A stretch of DNA of 43,043 nt, from UHGV virus genome UHGV-1376855; one strand, 5' to 3'. Shown in pieces: positions 42,420-43,043 of this stretch. The notes beneath the pieces were generated by a model. That model saw only the letters and a list, made by a program, of their open reading frames with translations. It had not been told where the DNA came from and searched no databases. The DNA comes from a virus. Position 1 is the first letter of the stretch. The number at the start of each line of letters is the position of its first letter. The position numbers and the translations under genes are program-made.

Positions 42420-42867
42420 AGTGAGGAATCACAGAGTATGGACCTCCAACAGAGGATACCAAATATACGAAGTCATACTGATTATTCATATAGGCATAAA
42501 ACCCGCCACGATAATCTTCATCGTTTACCGAACCACTATCCCATACCCCTTCCCAGAAAAAACAATCATCCGATGCATCAAAGGTAATGGTATCGTCCAA
42601 CAAATCATTTACCTGCCGCCTCCATTTCTTCGGAGGGAGCCACGGCAATTCTTTACCGTCTACATTGCGGATTATCTGTTTACCGTCTTGTAATTCGTAA
42701 ACTATGTGTAATTCGGCATTATCCGTGCTGTCTGGCCCATACTTTTTTAGTATTGCGCCTTTGTCAGTATTAAGGTCAACGCCAGATAATACATGGGGAT
42801 ACCAAATACCAACACCTGTTGTGGATGATTCGTAGTAATTAAAAACTGTCACTGTGGCATTGTACAT
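42400..42867 (-). CDS. minor capsid / head-closure protein
   Basis: ATG with RBS AGGTGGTG; ~155 aa. Confidence 0.45.
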   Translation of the reverse strand: MYNATVTVFNYYESSTTGVGIWYPHVLSGVDLNTDKGAILKKYGPDSTDNAELHIVYELQDGKQIIRNVDGKELPWLPPKKWRRQVNDLLDDTITFDASDDCFFWEGVWDSGSVNDEDYRGGFYAYMNNQYDFVYLVSSVGGPYSVIPHFEILGK

Positions 42868-42879
42868 ATTCACCACCTG

Positions 42880-43043
42880 TTATCGTTTCTTTTTTCTTTG
42901 TTCAACTTTTGATGCTTCATCCAATATTCTAGATGAGTCAAATATGTGACGTTTTTCAATAATTTGAGAAGCATTAGATACTTTTAATAATACTTCTTTT
43001 AGCTGTTTACCTATTTCTTGCAAAGATTCAATTTCATTTTGAT
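42880..43043 (-). CDS. C-terminal part of the ORF that wraps across the window ends (continues from 199..1)
   Basis: open from the right edge to TAA at 42880-42882; in phase with the left-edge ORF. Confidence 0.4.
   Translation of the reverse strand, partial: QNEIESLQEIGKQLKEVLLKVSNASQIIEKRHIFDSSRILDEASKVEQRKKKR

Noticed and set aside
1-43043. Interpretation as an integrated prophage with host DNA at the window edges
   Set aside because: Both edges lie inside phage structural-region ORFs that join in frame, and attP/int is internal.
1-43043. CRISPR arrays, rRNA genes, transposases or IS elements
   Set aside because: No regularly spaced direct repeats of CRISPR type, no rRNA-like segments and no transposase-like ORFs were seen.

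Overview
The window reads as a complete, circularly permuted ~43.0 kb genome of a temperate siphovirus-like phage of a Firmicutes (probably spore-forming Clostridia) host, not a prophage with host flanks. A minus-strand ORF that starts at ~199 runs off the left edge exactly in frame with an ORF entering at the right edge (stop at 42880), and the gene order wraps: head genes on the left, head-tail joining and tail genes on the right. Almost all genes are on the minus strand (transcription right to left). The DNA-packaging and head module, right to left, is: Lar-like anti-restriction protein, terS, terL, portal, SPP1 gp7-like minor head protein, a ~4 kb cargo cluster of low-complexity spore-coat/exosporium-like genes with a sigma region-4-like regulator, scaffold, major capsid with a C-terminal Ig-like domain, and a gp6-like connector. 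Beyond the connector come a small HExxH protein, a holin-like membrane protein and a DUF4417-like protein. The tail and lysis module at 30.7-42.9 kb holds three minor-capsid/tail-completion proteins, the major tail protein, two tail chaperones, an 818-aa tape measure, Dit/Tal-like proteins, paralogous fibre/receptor-binding genes, XkdW/XkdX-like proteins, and an M15-peptidase endolysin with cell-wall-binding repeats but no adjacent holin. A lysogeny module on the plus strand at 27.7-30.5 kb holds a cI-like repressor, a small protein, an AT-rich SHOCT-domain cargo gene and a tyrosine integrase. It is followed by an attP-like region with paired arm-type repeats, a T-arm/acceptor-like tRNA 3' fragment and a strong terminator. 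An early/replication module at 13-27.5 kb holds cro-like and other HTH proteins, a Rad52/Sak-like annealing protein, HNH and resolvase-like nucleases, a DnaD-like replisome organizer with helically phased iterons (putative ori), a DnaC-like loader, ASCH and AbrB-like proteins, and an array of tiny zinc-ribbon proteins. Regulatory signals read from the sequence include a genetic switch with four GTAGAA-N4-TTCTAC operators and overlapping divergent promoters, two duplicated plus-strand promoter-leader cassettes that drive antisense-embedded small genes, a stand-alone moron (consensus promoter, acidic protein, terminator) beside a candidate small RNA, and a conserved 25-nt motif with a hairpin upstream of the capsid and major-tail genes. 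All functions are inferred from motifs I recognise; no database search was run. Element coordinates I counted by hand may be off by 1-2 nt.
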